A stretch of 23,030 nt of DNA from a bacterium. Its GTDB lineage: Bacteria > SZUA-182 > DTGQ01. The stretch spans positions 1 through 23,030 of the forward strand of contig JBFMGO010000098.1 in NCBI GenBank assembly GCA_040752695.1, read 5' to 3'. The stretch's first letter is position 1. Every line of letters starts with the position of its first letter. Both the position numbers and the translations under genes were made by a program. The notes under the pieces were generated by a model. That model was not told the DNA's origin. It did no database searches and was given only the letters and a program-made list of their open reading frames with translations. This document shows positions 1-7,906 of the stretch, piece by piece.

Positions 1-1
1 G

Positions 2-1693
2 GTAATCCAAAGAGACATGCAGTCATTTTTCATGATCCTGCCAGCTATTGTGGGCGTATTCATTATGGTCTCTTTTCTGATTCTCTTCTTCTCGCTCAGT
101 CGCATGGTTCAGCAGGATATGGCCCAGTTGGGAACCTTGCTGGCCTTAGGGTACAGCCCGTTTCAGCTCTTTGGCGCTTATGTAATCGGAGGATCGATTT
201 TAGGACTGGCAGGATATTTCATCGGCTGTGCAGGATCAAACTCCCTGGCCAGCCTGGTGGTTAAAAGTTATATGTCCGGGACCGGACTTCCCTTGATGTT
301 CCGCTCCTATAACCGAATGTCTTTTCTGATCGCCTTTCTCTTCAGTCTTGCTGCGCCCATGATCGCTACCGCCCTCTCACTCATGCAGATCCGCAGAATG
401 AACGTAGCTGAAATGCTGGGAAGAACTATCGAAAAGCAATGGTCATGGTCATCATTATCGTCGTCATCATTATCATCATCGTTATGGTCATCGTCATGGT
501 TATCCGATGTCAGGAAAAAGCTGGCGGATAGTGCCCTTTTAGCGCCACTCATCGACCGCTGGAACCATTTGTTTGAGAGAGGAATTACCTTCAAGATCGG
601 AATGAGAAATTTATGGAGGAGAAAGGTCTTTTTCCTTCTATCCGCTTTCAGCATTGCCTTAGGCATTGCCCTGGCCGAATCCCTGTTAATTGCCGATGTA
701 TCGATCTATCGAACGATCGACAATTTTTTCACTATGGAAAAATGGGATTTGTTTATCCCTTTCAGTGGATCAGTGGAAAAGCAAAAGGTGGAAAAATTGA
801 AAGAGATCGAAGGGATAGCCGGGATCAGTTTGTATAAGAAGGGATTGGTTAACCTGCACTTGGGCGATGAGCGAAAGCCGTATCAGATAGCAGGAATTTC
901 CAGAGAAAATTCCCTGATTAAACCGGATGTTATTGAAGGAAGCTCTTTTTCATCCGATGATGCCAGGGAGATCATCCTCAATGCCGAGATGAAGGATCAG
1001 TACAACTTAAAAATAGGTGATTCGATAGACGTATGGACAGGGAATGAGCCTAAAGGCAGGCTCAAGCTCGTAGGAGTGATGAATAACTTTGTTGCCGGTC
1101 AGGCTTTTGTGCCTATGGGGGTTGCTCAGGACATGAGCGGGAGAAAGGACAGATTTACGGGAGTTTTCCTTGCTCTTTGTGCCCCTTTCGAGAAAATCAG
1201 AAGCAAAATCCAAAGACTGGATTTCACCGGCTATATAGTCCGCAAGGATGATGCCCGGGCTACTTTTCATATCAATATGAAGAAAATCTCGGTATTCCTT
1301 TACACCTACAGCCTGATAAGCCTTTTTCTCTCGATGTGCATCATTTTTGTTAACCTTTATCTTAACACCGTCTACCGGAAGGGAGAGTATGCCGTTCTCC
1401 TGGCCAATGGTTTTGGCCAAAGGGAGATAGGCTTGATGATCGTTTATGAGATTCTGGCAATCATGGTTATCGTAACTGCGGCAGCTATCCCTCTCAGTAT
1501 CATGATATCAAAGTATTTCTGTTACAAAATCGCCAAGGCGGCGGTTACGATCCATCTTCAGATCAGGCCGGTGGATTACCTGAAGGTATTTATCCCGATG
1601 TTGGTTCTCATGTCAGCAGTGGCCTGGTATTGCACCAGGTATGCAAGCAGTATCGACATAACCAGTACGATAAGGAACAGAATCAACGAATAA
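2..1693 (+). CDS. FtsX/MacB-like (LolE-type) ABC transporter permease, N-terminally truncated by the window edge
   Basis: The frame is open upstream of the ORF-track Met at 17 (GTA ATC CAA AGA GAC ATG). Two FtsX-type signatures (QLGTLLALGYS; EYAVLLANGFG), hydrophobic TM clusters, the RNLWRRK motif before the second half, and a periplasmic MacB-like domain (EIILN...YNLKIGDSI). Confidence 0.88.
   Translation, partial: VIQRDMQSFFMILPAIVGVFIMVSFLILFFSLSRMVQQDMAQLGTLLALGYSPFQLFGAYVIGGSILGLAGYFIGCAGSNSLASLVVKSYMSGTGLPLMFRSYNRMSFLIAFLFSLAAPMIATALSLMQIRRMNVAEMLGRTIEKQWSWSSLSSSSLSSSLWSSSWLSDVRKKLADSALLAPLIDRWNHLFERGITFKIGMRNLWRRKVFFLLSAFSIALGIALAESLLIADVSIYRTIDNFFTMEKWDLFIPFSGSVEKQKVEKLKEIEGIAGISLYKKGLVNLHLGDERKPYQIAGISRENSLIKPDVIEGSSFSSDDAREIILNAEMKDQYNLKIGDSIDVWTGNEPKGRLKLVGVMNNFVAGQAFVPMGVAQDMSGRKDRFTGVFLALCAPFEKIRSKIQRLDFTGYIVRKDDARATFHINMKKISVFLYTYSLISLFLSMCIIFVNLYLNTVYRKGEYAVLLANGFGQREIGLMIVYEILAIMVIVTAAAIPLSIMISKYFCYKIAKAAVTIHLQIRPVDYLKVFIPMLVLMSAVAWYCTRYASSIDITSTIRNRINE
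440..502 (+). repeat. Degenerate trinucleotide tract (TCA/TCG/TTA/TGG) encoding a Ser/Trp-rich linker in the permease
   Basis: tggtcatggtcatcattatcgtcgtcatcattatcatcatcgttatggtcatcgtcatgg encodes WSWSSLSSSSLSSSLWSSSW. Confidence 0.75.
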
Positions 1694-1749
1694 ACGAAGA
1701 GCAGGATGAATAATGAACAAACCAATAAACGCCTAGTAAGGAGGAAACG

Positions 1750-2397
1750 ATGGAGCCCAGGGAATTTCAATGGCCAATGAGCGTTCTGTACAGCAGGTTT
1801 TTTGCCAGAGCAATGGAACCAGCCTATGCCGAGGTTGCCCGCCAGGCTCCCATTCCACCCCAGGCGCAGGCCCTCCTTGACATAGGAGGTGCCGATGGCA
1901 GGCTTGCGCTTGCTCTGGCCAAACAGTACCCTCATCTGCCCCGGATAGTGACCGCGGATATTTCTCAGGATCTTGTAACCCGCGCTCAACGCAAGGCAAG
2001 GGAGCATGGGTTCAGTGAGCGGATTCACTCGGAAGTGCAGGATGTGCATAACCTGAATTACCCTGATGATTCTTTTGACGTGACCATGAGTTTTGGCTCC
2101 ATGCATCACTGGAGGGACCCCGTAACAGGGGTAAAGGAATTATGCCGCGTTCTTAAGCCTCAGGGCAAGCTGCTCATTTATGATGGCAACGATCGGCCAT
2201 CATTAAAGGACATGAAAAGGACAGTCTCCACGATTGAAGGATCTACTATCTGGACTGCCCTTGTCTACTGGATGGGAAGCAAAGATTTTCTTTCACGCGA
2301 TGAGATTACCGGGATCGTTCGGGATGCAGGCATCAAGTTTCTTTCAATCACCTGGAACGGACCTCTTTGTCTTATCGGAGGAACGAAAGAAGGGTAA
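1750..2397 (+). CDS. Class I SAM-dependent methyltransferase (Methyltransf_11/UbiE-like fold)
   Basis: Motif I variant LLDIGGADG, acidic TADIS at the end of beta2, QDVHNLNYPDDSFD, MHHWRDP, ELCRVLKPQGKLLIYD. Strong RBS AAGGAGG. Confidence 0.9.
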   Translation: MEPREFQWPMSVLYSRFFARAMEPAYAEVARQAPIPPQAQALLDIGGADGRLALALAKQYPHLPRIVTADISQDLVTRAQRKAREHGFSERIHSEVQDVHNLNYPDDSFDVTMSFGSMHHWRDPVTGVKELCRVLKPQGKLLIYDGNDRPSLKDMKRTVSTIEGSTIWTALVYWMGSKDFLSRDEITGIVRDAGIKFLSITWNGPLCLIGGTKEG

Positions 2398-2664
2398 ATT
2401 CTCCGGCTTCCGGCATCACCTGTCCAACATTTTTCCCCCTTATTATGCCCTCCATTGCGCCCTCTTGGATGTAATTGTTTTCTTATTGAGATGAGGTACA
2501 TTTTCTTATAGAAACCTCTTTCCAAGTCTTCTGTTATGTCGAACATACGTTAAATGAGCTGAGTTTCCTTGATAATGCCGATAATAATTCGTTGTCAGCT
2601 TTTGCGTAAAATTTTCAGTTTAGGAAACATTAAGTCAAAAATTTTAACTATGGACATGACTCTG

Positions 2665-4204
2665 ACACAGCAAGGATACTGCTTTTTTTGAACCAGCAGG
2701 AGTAAAAATGTTTGTCCAGCAGAAAAAATTTCTCAAGTTGGCTGAAAAGGACCGGATTCTTACCATTACCATAGATAATCCGCCGGGGAACAGACTTCAT
2801 CGTGAATTTTTTATGGAGCTTAACACCTGTCGTCATCTGCTCGCATCACCCGATATCGACCTTATTGTTTTCACCGGGCAGGGGGATACCTTTTCCAAAG
2901 GATTTGACCTGAACAGCATCAGTGACTGCACTGATCCTCAAAGTTTGAAAGAGGTTCTCATATATAGCAATGATGTCTTTACCTTTATCGAGAGTTTAAA
3001 CAAGCCCGTTATTGCTGCCATCAATGGCCATTGCCTTGGAGGGGGGATGGAATTGGCCCTCGTGTGTCACTTAAGGCTGTGCTCGGAAAAGGCCCGTCTG
3101 GGATTGCCTGAATTATCGGTTGGCATTATTCCGGGATTGGGAGGAGTCCACCGTCTGGCTATTTTGGTCGGCCGGGCCAAAGCCTTTGAGATGATTGCCC
3201 TGGGGGACGTAATCTCAGCTTCCGAAGCCTTAAGGATAAACCTGGTCAACAGAGTGCTCCCCAAAAAAGACTTTATGTCTGGTGTTCTGAAGATAGCCAG
3301 AACATTACTCATGGTGAACCAGAACCGGATGAGAGAAGTTATACAGCTTCTCAGGGATTTTACAACCAATGATGAACAGGAAAATATTAAAGCTGCCATA
3401 GCTTTTGCAAAAAATTCGCAATTGAAAAACGTTAAGTTAGCAACTTTGCATCCTTAGCAGTACTTTTTACACAGCAAAAGATACTACTTATTGAATCAGC
3501 GGGAGTGAAAAATGCTTGTTCAACAGAAAAAATTTTTAGAACTGACTGTAAAGGACCGGATACTGACAGTCACCATAGATAATCCGCCTGAAAATAAGCT
3601 CAATCATGAGATGTTTCTGGAGCTCGACACCTGCCGGGATATACTTTCGTCGCCTGACATTGACCTTGTGATCTTCACCGGTCAGGGGAATATCTTTTCC
3701 AAAGGATTCGATATGGATCTCATAAGAGCCTGCCCTGATTCCGGAACCATGAAAGAGCATCTGACCTTTATTCATGGAATCTACGCTCTTATCGGCAGCT
3801 TACCGAAGCCGGTTATTGCTGCCATCAATGGTCATTGCTTCGGAGGGGGATTGGAACTGGCTTTGGTATGCCACTTAAGACTGTGCTCGGAAAAGGCGCG
3901 CTTGGGACTGCCTGAATTGTCAAATGGCATTATCCCGGGGTTGGGAGGAATTCACCGTCTGGCTCACGTGGTTGGGCAGGCCAAAGCCTTCGAGATGATC
4001 GGCCTGGGGGATGTAATCTCAGCCTCCGAAGGCCTACGGATAGGCCTGGTCAATAGAGTGCTCCCAAAAGGAGGCTTTATGCCTGCTGCCCTCGCAATAG
4101 CCAAAACGCTCCTTATGGTGGACCAATACCGGATGAGAGAGGTTATGCAGCTTCTCAGGGACGCTCGCGTCAACAATGAGCAGGAAAATATTCAGGCTAT
4201 TATT
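2665..4204 (+). repeat. Tandem gene duplication (about 800-bp units starting at ~2665 and ~3469) including the 5' leader
   Basis: Leaders align: acacagcaaggatactgc...ttgaaccagcaggagtaaaaATG vs acacagcaaaagatactac...ttgaatcagcgggagtgaaaaATG. Coding sequences align to the NxEQENI motif. Confidence 0.85.
2708..3457 (+). CDS. Enoyl-CoA hydratase/isomerase (crotonase family), copy 1
   Basis: FSKGFDL oxyanion loop, KPVIAAINGHCLGGGMELAL (first catalytic Glu) and LGLPELSVGIIPGLGG (second catalytic Glu). RBS AGGAG. Confidence 0.92.
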   Translation: MFVQQKKFLKLAEKDRILTITIDNPPGNRLHREFFMELNTCRHLLASPDIDLIVFTGQGDTFSKGFDLNSISDCTDPQSLKEVLIYSNDVFTFIESLNKPVIAAINGHCLGGGMELALVCHLRLCSEKARLGLPELSVGIIPGLGGVHRLAILVGRAKAFEMIALGDVISASEALRINLVNRVLPKKDFMSGVLKIARTLLMVNQNRMREVIQLLRDFTTNDEQENIKAAIAFAKNSQLKNVKLATLHP

Positions 4205-4282
4205 GATAGCTTTGTCAATGTCTGTTTTGGGAGGAAGGAAAGGAGCGGCCTTGAGAATATTACTCGTCAATCCGCCGAATAG
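3512..4282 (+). CDS. Enoyl-CoA hydratase/isomerase (crotonase family), copy 2
   Basis: FSKGFDM, KPVIAAINGHCFGGGLELAL, LGLPELSNGIIPGLGG. Colinear with and highly similar to copy 1. Confidence 0.92.
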   Translation: MLVQQKKFLELTVKDRILTVTIDNPPENKLNHEMFLELDTCRDILSSPDIDLVIFTGQGNIFSKGFDMDLIRACPDSGTMKEHLTFIHGIYALIGSLPKPVIAAINGHCFGGGLELALVCHLRLCSEKARLGLPELSNGIIPGLGGIHRLAHVVGQAKAFEMIGLGDVISASEGLRIGLVNRVLPKGGFMPAALAIAKTLLMVDQYRMREVMQLLRDARVNNEQENIQAIIDSFVNVCFGRKERSGLENITRQSAE

Positions 4283-5633
4283 TGGAAGGAATATCATCGG
4301 GGAGAAGTATGGGGCGGAAATTATCCGTCAGGTGTTCCGGCAAGAACCCCTCTCTTTAGAGCTTCTGGCCGGTATGGTAAGCTCCGAGACGGTTGATATC
4401 TTCGATATGAAGGCCGACACCGCTACTCCCTATGAGAAAAAATTATCGGATTTCCAGCCCGACCTGGTAGGCGTAACCTGCATGACCTGTGAGGCGAAGA
4501 CCGCACTCAGGATCATGGAGATAACAAAGGAATACCATCCTCACATCACTACGGTTGTCGGTGGTGTACATGCGAGCAACGATCCTGAGTTTTTCAATCA
4601 CCCTTTTGTGGACTACCTTGTCGTGGGGCTCGGGAAAAAAACCTTCTCGGATCTTGTTCAAGGGATCAAGGAGAAAAAAGACGTCAGGCAGATACCGGGT
4701 GTAGGAAGTTTTAGTAATGGCAAATTTCAACTTCTTGCCAGAAAGTTCCAATACGAGGATTTGGCAGACGATATTCCCCCCAATAAAAATCTGGTAAAAA
4801 AATACCGGCCATTCTACCGACTTGGTAATATGAAAATAAATGTCGGGGCAGTAGATACATCTTATGGATGCACGAATAAATGCAATTTTTGCTGCCTGTG
4901 GAAGACCACCCAGGGCAAGTATTTAGCCAGAAAGTCAGAAACGATTGTCAGGGATATCGAGTTATCAAAGGATGATTATTTTATCCGGCTGGTGGATGCA
5001 AATACCTTCGGAGATAAGAGAAGGGCTGAAGAAATTGCCTCACTGGTGGCTCAAAAAGAAATTAATAAGGTGTTTATTGTCGATGCACGGGCAGATACCA
5101 TCGTCAGTCACCCTGAACTCATCCGCCTCTGGAGCAGGATCGGACTACGGGCGGTAGTCATTGGCCTCGAAGAAATCAGCGACAGGCATCTTACGGATTT
5201 TAACAAGAGAACTTCCCTGACGATGAACACGGAGGCCATCAGGATACTTCATGATAATGGCGTTATGATCATCGGGGATTTTATCGTTTCTCCGGATTAC
5301 GATGAGAAGGATTTCGATAATCTCAAAAATTATGTAAAACAAAATAAAATAGAATCGCCCGGGTTTTCAGTCCTGACTCCCATGCCGGGGACAGCACTGT
5401 ACGAGCAGATGAAAGATCAAATCATCATCAAGGATCTGGACTATTACACGCTTACCAATGCGGTTCTCCCTACGGCTATGCCCGAGGAGAAGTTTTACGA
5501 AAGAGTCGGTGATTTATATAGGGAATTTCATGCTCATTCATTGCCCAAGCAATTACTGTCTCAGTTATTCTTGCGTGAATCCTTTATCAAAGCAGGGGAA
5601 TTACTGAAGAGAAAATTTTCTAAAAGTGATTAA
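4251..5633 (+). CDS. Cobalamin (B12)-binding radical SAM protein (class B methyltransferase-like, HpnR-like N-terminus)
   Basis: CxxxCxxC motif GCTNKCNFC. N-terminal B12-binding Rossmann features: RILLVNPP, EPLSLELLAG, PDLVGVTCMT, TVVGGVHAS. C-terminal FSVLTPMPGTALY. Start re-called to TTG 4251 (in frame with the 4176 ORF) after RBS AGGAAAGGAG. Confidence 0.92.
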   Translation: MRILLVNPPNSGRNIIGEKYGAEIIRQVFRQEPLSLELLAGMVSSETVDIFDMKADTATPYEKKLSDFQPDLVGVTCMTCEAKTALRIMEITKEYHPHITTVVGGVHASNDPEFFNHPFVDYLVVGLGKKTFSDLVQGIKEKKDVRQIPGVGSFSNGKFQLLARKFQYEDLADDIPPNKNLVKKYRPFYRLGNMKINVGAVDTSYGCTNKCNFCCLWKTTQGKYLARKSETIVRDIELSKDDYFIRLVDANTFGDKRRAEEIASLVAQKEINKVFIVDARADTIVSHPELIRLWSRIGLRAVVIGLEEISDRHLTDFNKRTSLTMNTEAIRILHDNGVMIIGDFIVSPDYDEKDFDNLKNYVKQNKIESPGFSVLTPMPGTALYEQMKDQIIIKDLDYYTLTNAVLPTAMPEEKFYERVGDLYREFHAHSLPKQLLSQLFLRESFIKAGELLKRKFSKSD

Positions 5634-5688
5634 ATATTGAGCCTTTTGATTAGCAACATCGATATACAACATGTGAGGAGAAAAAAAG

Positions 5689-6024
5689 ATGCAAAAAATA
5701 CTTACTGATGAGGAGAAAAAGATCATTTATGAAGAAGTGCGAGAGATACTGTCTGATGAGTTGGGGGTTGACCTCGATAAAATTGATCCGGATACGAAAA
5801 TCATCGATGATCTGGGAGGAGACTCGTTAATTTATCTCGAATTAATCGAAGAGTTTAAGAAGAAATACGGGTTTAACCTCGAGGTCAGGGTCATTGGTCA
5901 ATACATTCTGGCACATCCTGTTTATACGGTGGAAGAGACAGCTAAAGCCATTTATGACATTATCGAAAGAGGCGAAGAGCTGGTAGGGGGAGCCGAACTG
6001 GTGGGAGGAATAGAATTGGCATGA
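5689..6024 (+). CDS. Acyl carrier protein (atypical, C-terminally extended)
   Basis: Acidic 111-aa protein with DLGGDSL phosphopantetheine site (Ser codon 5824-5826). RBS GAGGAG. ATGA overlap with the ketosynthase. Confidence 0.9.
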   Translation: MQKILTDEEKKIIYEEVREILSDELGVDLDKIDPDTKIIDDLGGDSLIYLELIEEFKKKYGFNLEVRVIGQYILAHPVYTVEETAKAIYDIIERGEELVGGAELVGGIELA

Positions 6025-7262
6025 ACAGTGTAAGCAACAACGCGGTAGCCATAACCGGTATTGGTATGATAAGCCCGCTGGGAGTGAATGCACCTCTGTG
6101 CTGGAAAAACATGGTCGCAGGGAAACCGGGAATAACCTGGATTACCTCTTTTGATACGAGCCAATGTATAACCAGGATAGGTGGAGAACTGCCCCCGGAA
6201 TATTACGAACTGGAAAAGAAGGAATTTCCAAAGAGACTTCGCAAACAAACCACCTCGGCATCCCGGATAGGATTACTCTGCGCTCAAGAAGCCATTGCGG
6301 ACAGCGGGCTGGAAGTGAAAAAGCTCGATCCCTACCGGTGTGCAGTCATTACCGGATCGGGCGGATCGAGTTTTCAATCCGGCAGAGACGAGCAAGACTC
6401 GGATGACAATAAATTCGTGGTCTTGCGAGAAATGGTCAATGCAGCTTCTGCCTGGATATCGATCCACTATGGCTTCAAGGGACCTTCGTTTAATATCGCT
6501 ACTGCCTGCGCCTCTGGCGGCCATGCTGTGGGAGCTGCCTGTGATTACATACGGTCAGGGAGAGGCGACCTGGCCGTAGCTGTAGGTATGGATGCCATGC
6601 TGACCCGAAAGAGCATCAATGGATTTAACCAATTACACGCACTGAGCGAAGAAAATACCTTTCCGGAGAAGGCGAGCCGACCCTTCGACCGCAAAAGAGG
6701 TGGGTTTGTTCTGGCCAACGGAGGAAGTGCCATTATTCTGGAAAACCTGGATATGGCACGCAAGCGGGGGGCCAGAATCTACAGCCTGATCTCAGGCTAC
6801 GGTATAAGCTCCGAGGCATTCAATATCATGTCTCCTGAACCAAGCGGGAAGGAAATGGCCAAAACCATTGATCTGGCTTTGAAGGATTCAAGGATTCCCA
6901 AAGAAAAGATTGGCTATATCAATGCCCACGGCACTTCGACTCATCACAATGACCTTTGTGAAACCATAGCCATAAAGACGATCTTCAAGGATGACGCTTA
7001 CCGACTGGCCATCAGTTCGCAAAAGTCCATGATCGGCCACACGATCGGAGCTGCCGGGGTCATCGAATGTGCAGTTACTGCCCTTTCTCTTTATCATGGG
7101 ATCATTCCTCCCACCATCAATCATGAGGAGCCCGATCCTGAATGCGACCTTGATTATGTACCGAATGAAGCCAGGGAGGTTAACAATCTGGAGGCAGCCA
7201 TGAGCAACTCGTTTGGATTTGGCGGACACAACTGTTCACTGGTATTAGAGAGGCACTCATGA
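6021..7262 (+). CDS. fabF: Beta-ketoacyl-ACP synthase II (FabF-type ketosynthase)
   Basis: VAITGIGMISPLG. Intact Cys-His-His triad: TACASG, NAHGTST, KSMIGHTIGAAG. Also SRPFDRKRGGFV and SNSFGFGGHN. Probably a pathway-specific paralogue rather than the housekeeping copy. Confidence 0.93.
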   Translation: MNSVSNNAVAITGIGMISPLGVNAPLCWKNMVAGKPGITWITSFDTSQCITRIGGELPPEYYELEKKEFPKRLRKQTTSASRIGLLCAQEAIADSGLEVKKLDPYRCAVITGSGGSSFQSGRDEQDSDDNKFVVLREMVNAASAWISIHYGFKGPSFNIATACASGGHAVGAACDYIRSGRGDLAVAVGMDAMLTRKSINGFNQLHALSEENTFPEKASRPFDRKRGGFVLANGGSAIILENLDMARKRGARIYSLISGYGISSEAFNIMSPEPSGKEMAKTIDLALKDSRIPKEKIGYINAHGTSTHHNDLCETIAIKTIFKDDAYRLAISSQKSMIGHTIGAAGVIECAVTALSLYHGIIPPTINHEEPDPECDLDYVPNEAREVNNLEAAMSNSFGFGGHNCSLVLERHS

Positions 7263-7906
7263 AAAGTCAGGACTCAAAGGATCTCAAGGAAATCATCTAC
7301 GGCCGCAGCAGCGTCAGGAAATTTTCTGACAAACCGGTACCAGAAGAGCTTTTGTATGAGGTAATCGATGCGGGGCGAATGTCACCCTCACCGACCAACA
7401 GTCAACCCTGGTATTTTTCCATCTTTTCCAAAGAGGACAAACACGGGATAAGTGAGATTTTATATGAGGAAGCACAAAGATTAGAAGTACCCGGGACGAG
7501 AGATATTGTCTTTGAGGCTGCTAAAATCACGGCTTCTGCTCCTCTTGTCATTACTGCCTGGAACATGAAGCACTTTTCGAACCGATTGAGAAAAATCGAG
7601 GGATTGATCGGAGACGATTTTCGCAGAAACTACGAACGGGCCGAACTGGTATCCATCGGCTGTGCAGTGCAAAATATGTGGCTCATGGCCCATGCCCTGG
7701 GGCTGGGAATGGTCTGGCTCATGGCTACTTTGCGTACTTCCGAGGAATGCAGTAAAAAGTTCGGCCTTCAGGGGGAACTCGTAGCCTATCTGCCGATAGG
7801 CTATCCTCTGGATAGTAATACTGCGGTAAAAAAGAGGAGAAAGTCACTTTCGGACATTTGCAGTTTTTACTCGTCAAGGGAGGAGGAGATTCACGCCCAT
7901 GGGTAA
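7259..7906 (+). CDS. Nitroreductase-family FMN-dependent oxidoreductase
   Basis: GRSSVRKFSDKPV, SPSPTNSQPWYF, GCAVQNMWLMAHALGLGMVW, LPIGYP. ATGA overlap with the fabF stop. Confidence 0.9.
   Translation: MKSQDSKDLKEIIYGRSSVRKFSDKPVPEELLYEVIDAGRMSPSPTNSQPWYFSIFSKEDKHGISEILYEEAQRLEVPGTRDIVFEAAKITASAPLVITAWNMKHFSNRLRKIEGLIGDDFRRNYERAELVSIGCAVQNMWLMAHALGLGMVWLMATLRTSEECSKKFGLQGELVAYLPIGYPLDSNTAVKKRRKSLSDICSFYSSREEEIHAHG

Noticed and set aside
307..666. Antisense 119-aa ORF with an Asp/His-rich metal-binding-like tract
   Set aside because: It lies wholly opposite the permease and is explained by the triplet tract. The His-rich +1 frame is also closed by nearby stops and has no start before the tract.
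2569..2590. Fur-box-like sequence (ttgataatgccgataataattc) upstream of the crotonases
   Set aside because: Spacing and symmetry deviate from GATAATGATAATCATTATC and the region is AT-rich, so it could be chance.
4176..4250. ORF-track start of the radical SAM gene at 4176
   Set aside because: It overlaps crotonase 2 by more than 100 bp. TTG at 4251 has a strong RBS and gives the family-typical MRILLVNPP start.
4251..5633. Calling the rSAM gene hpnR, or the cluster a ladderane cluster
   Set aside because: Only family-level resemblance. No hopanoid genes or other diagnostic markers are present, so a specific name is unsupported.
2708..7262. Polyketide beta-branching cassette (ECH1/ECH2 + ACP + KS)
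   Set aside because: No HMG-CoA synthase-like gene in the window. The KS keeps its catalytic Cys (TACASG) rather than the Cys-to-Ser decarboxylase form, and the two crotonases are near-duplicates rather than distinct ECH1/ECH2 types.
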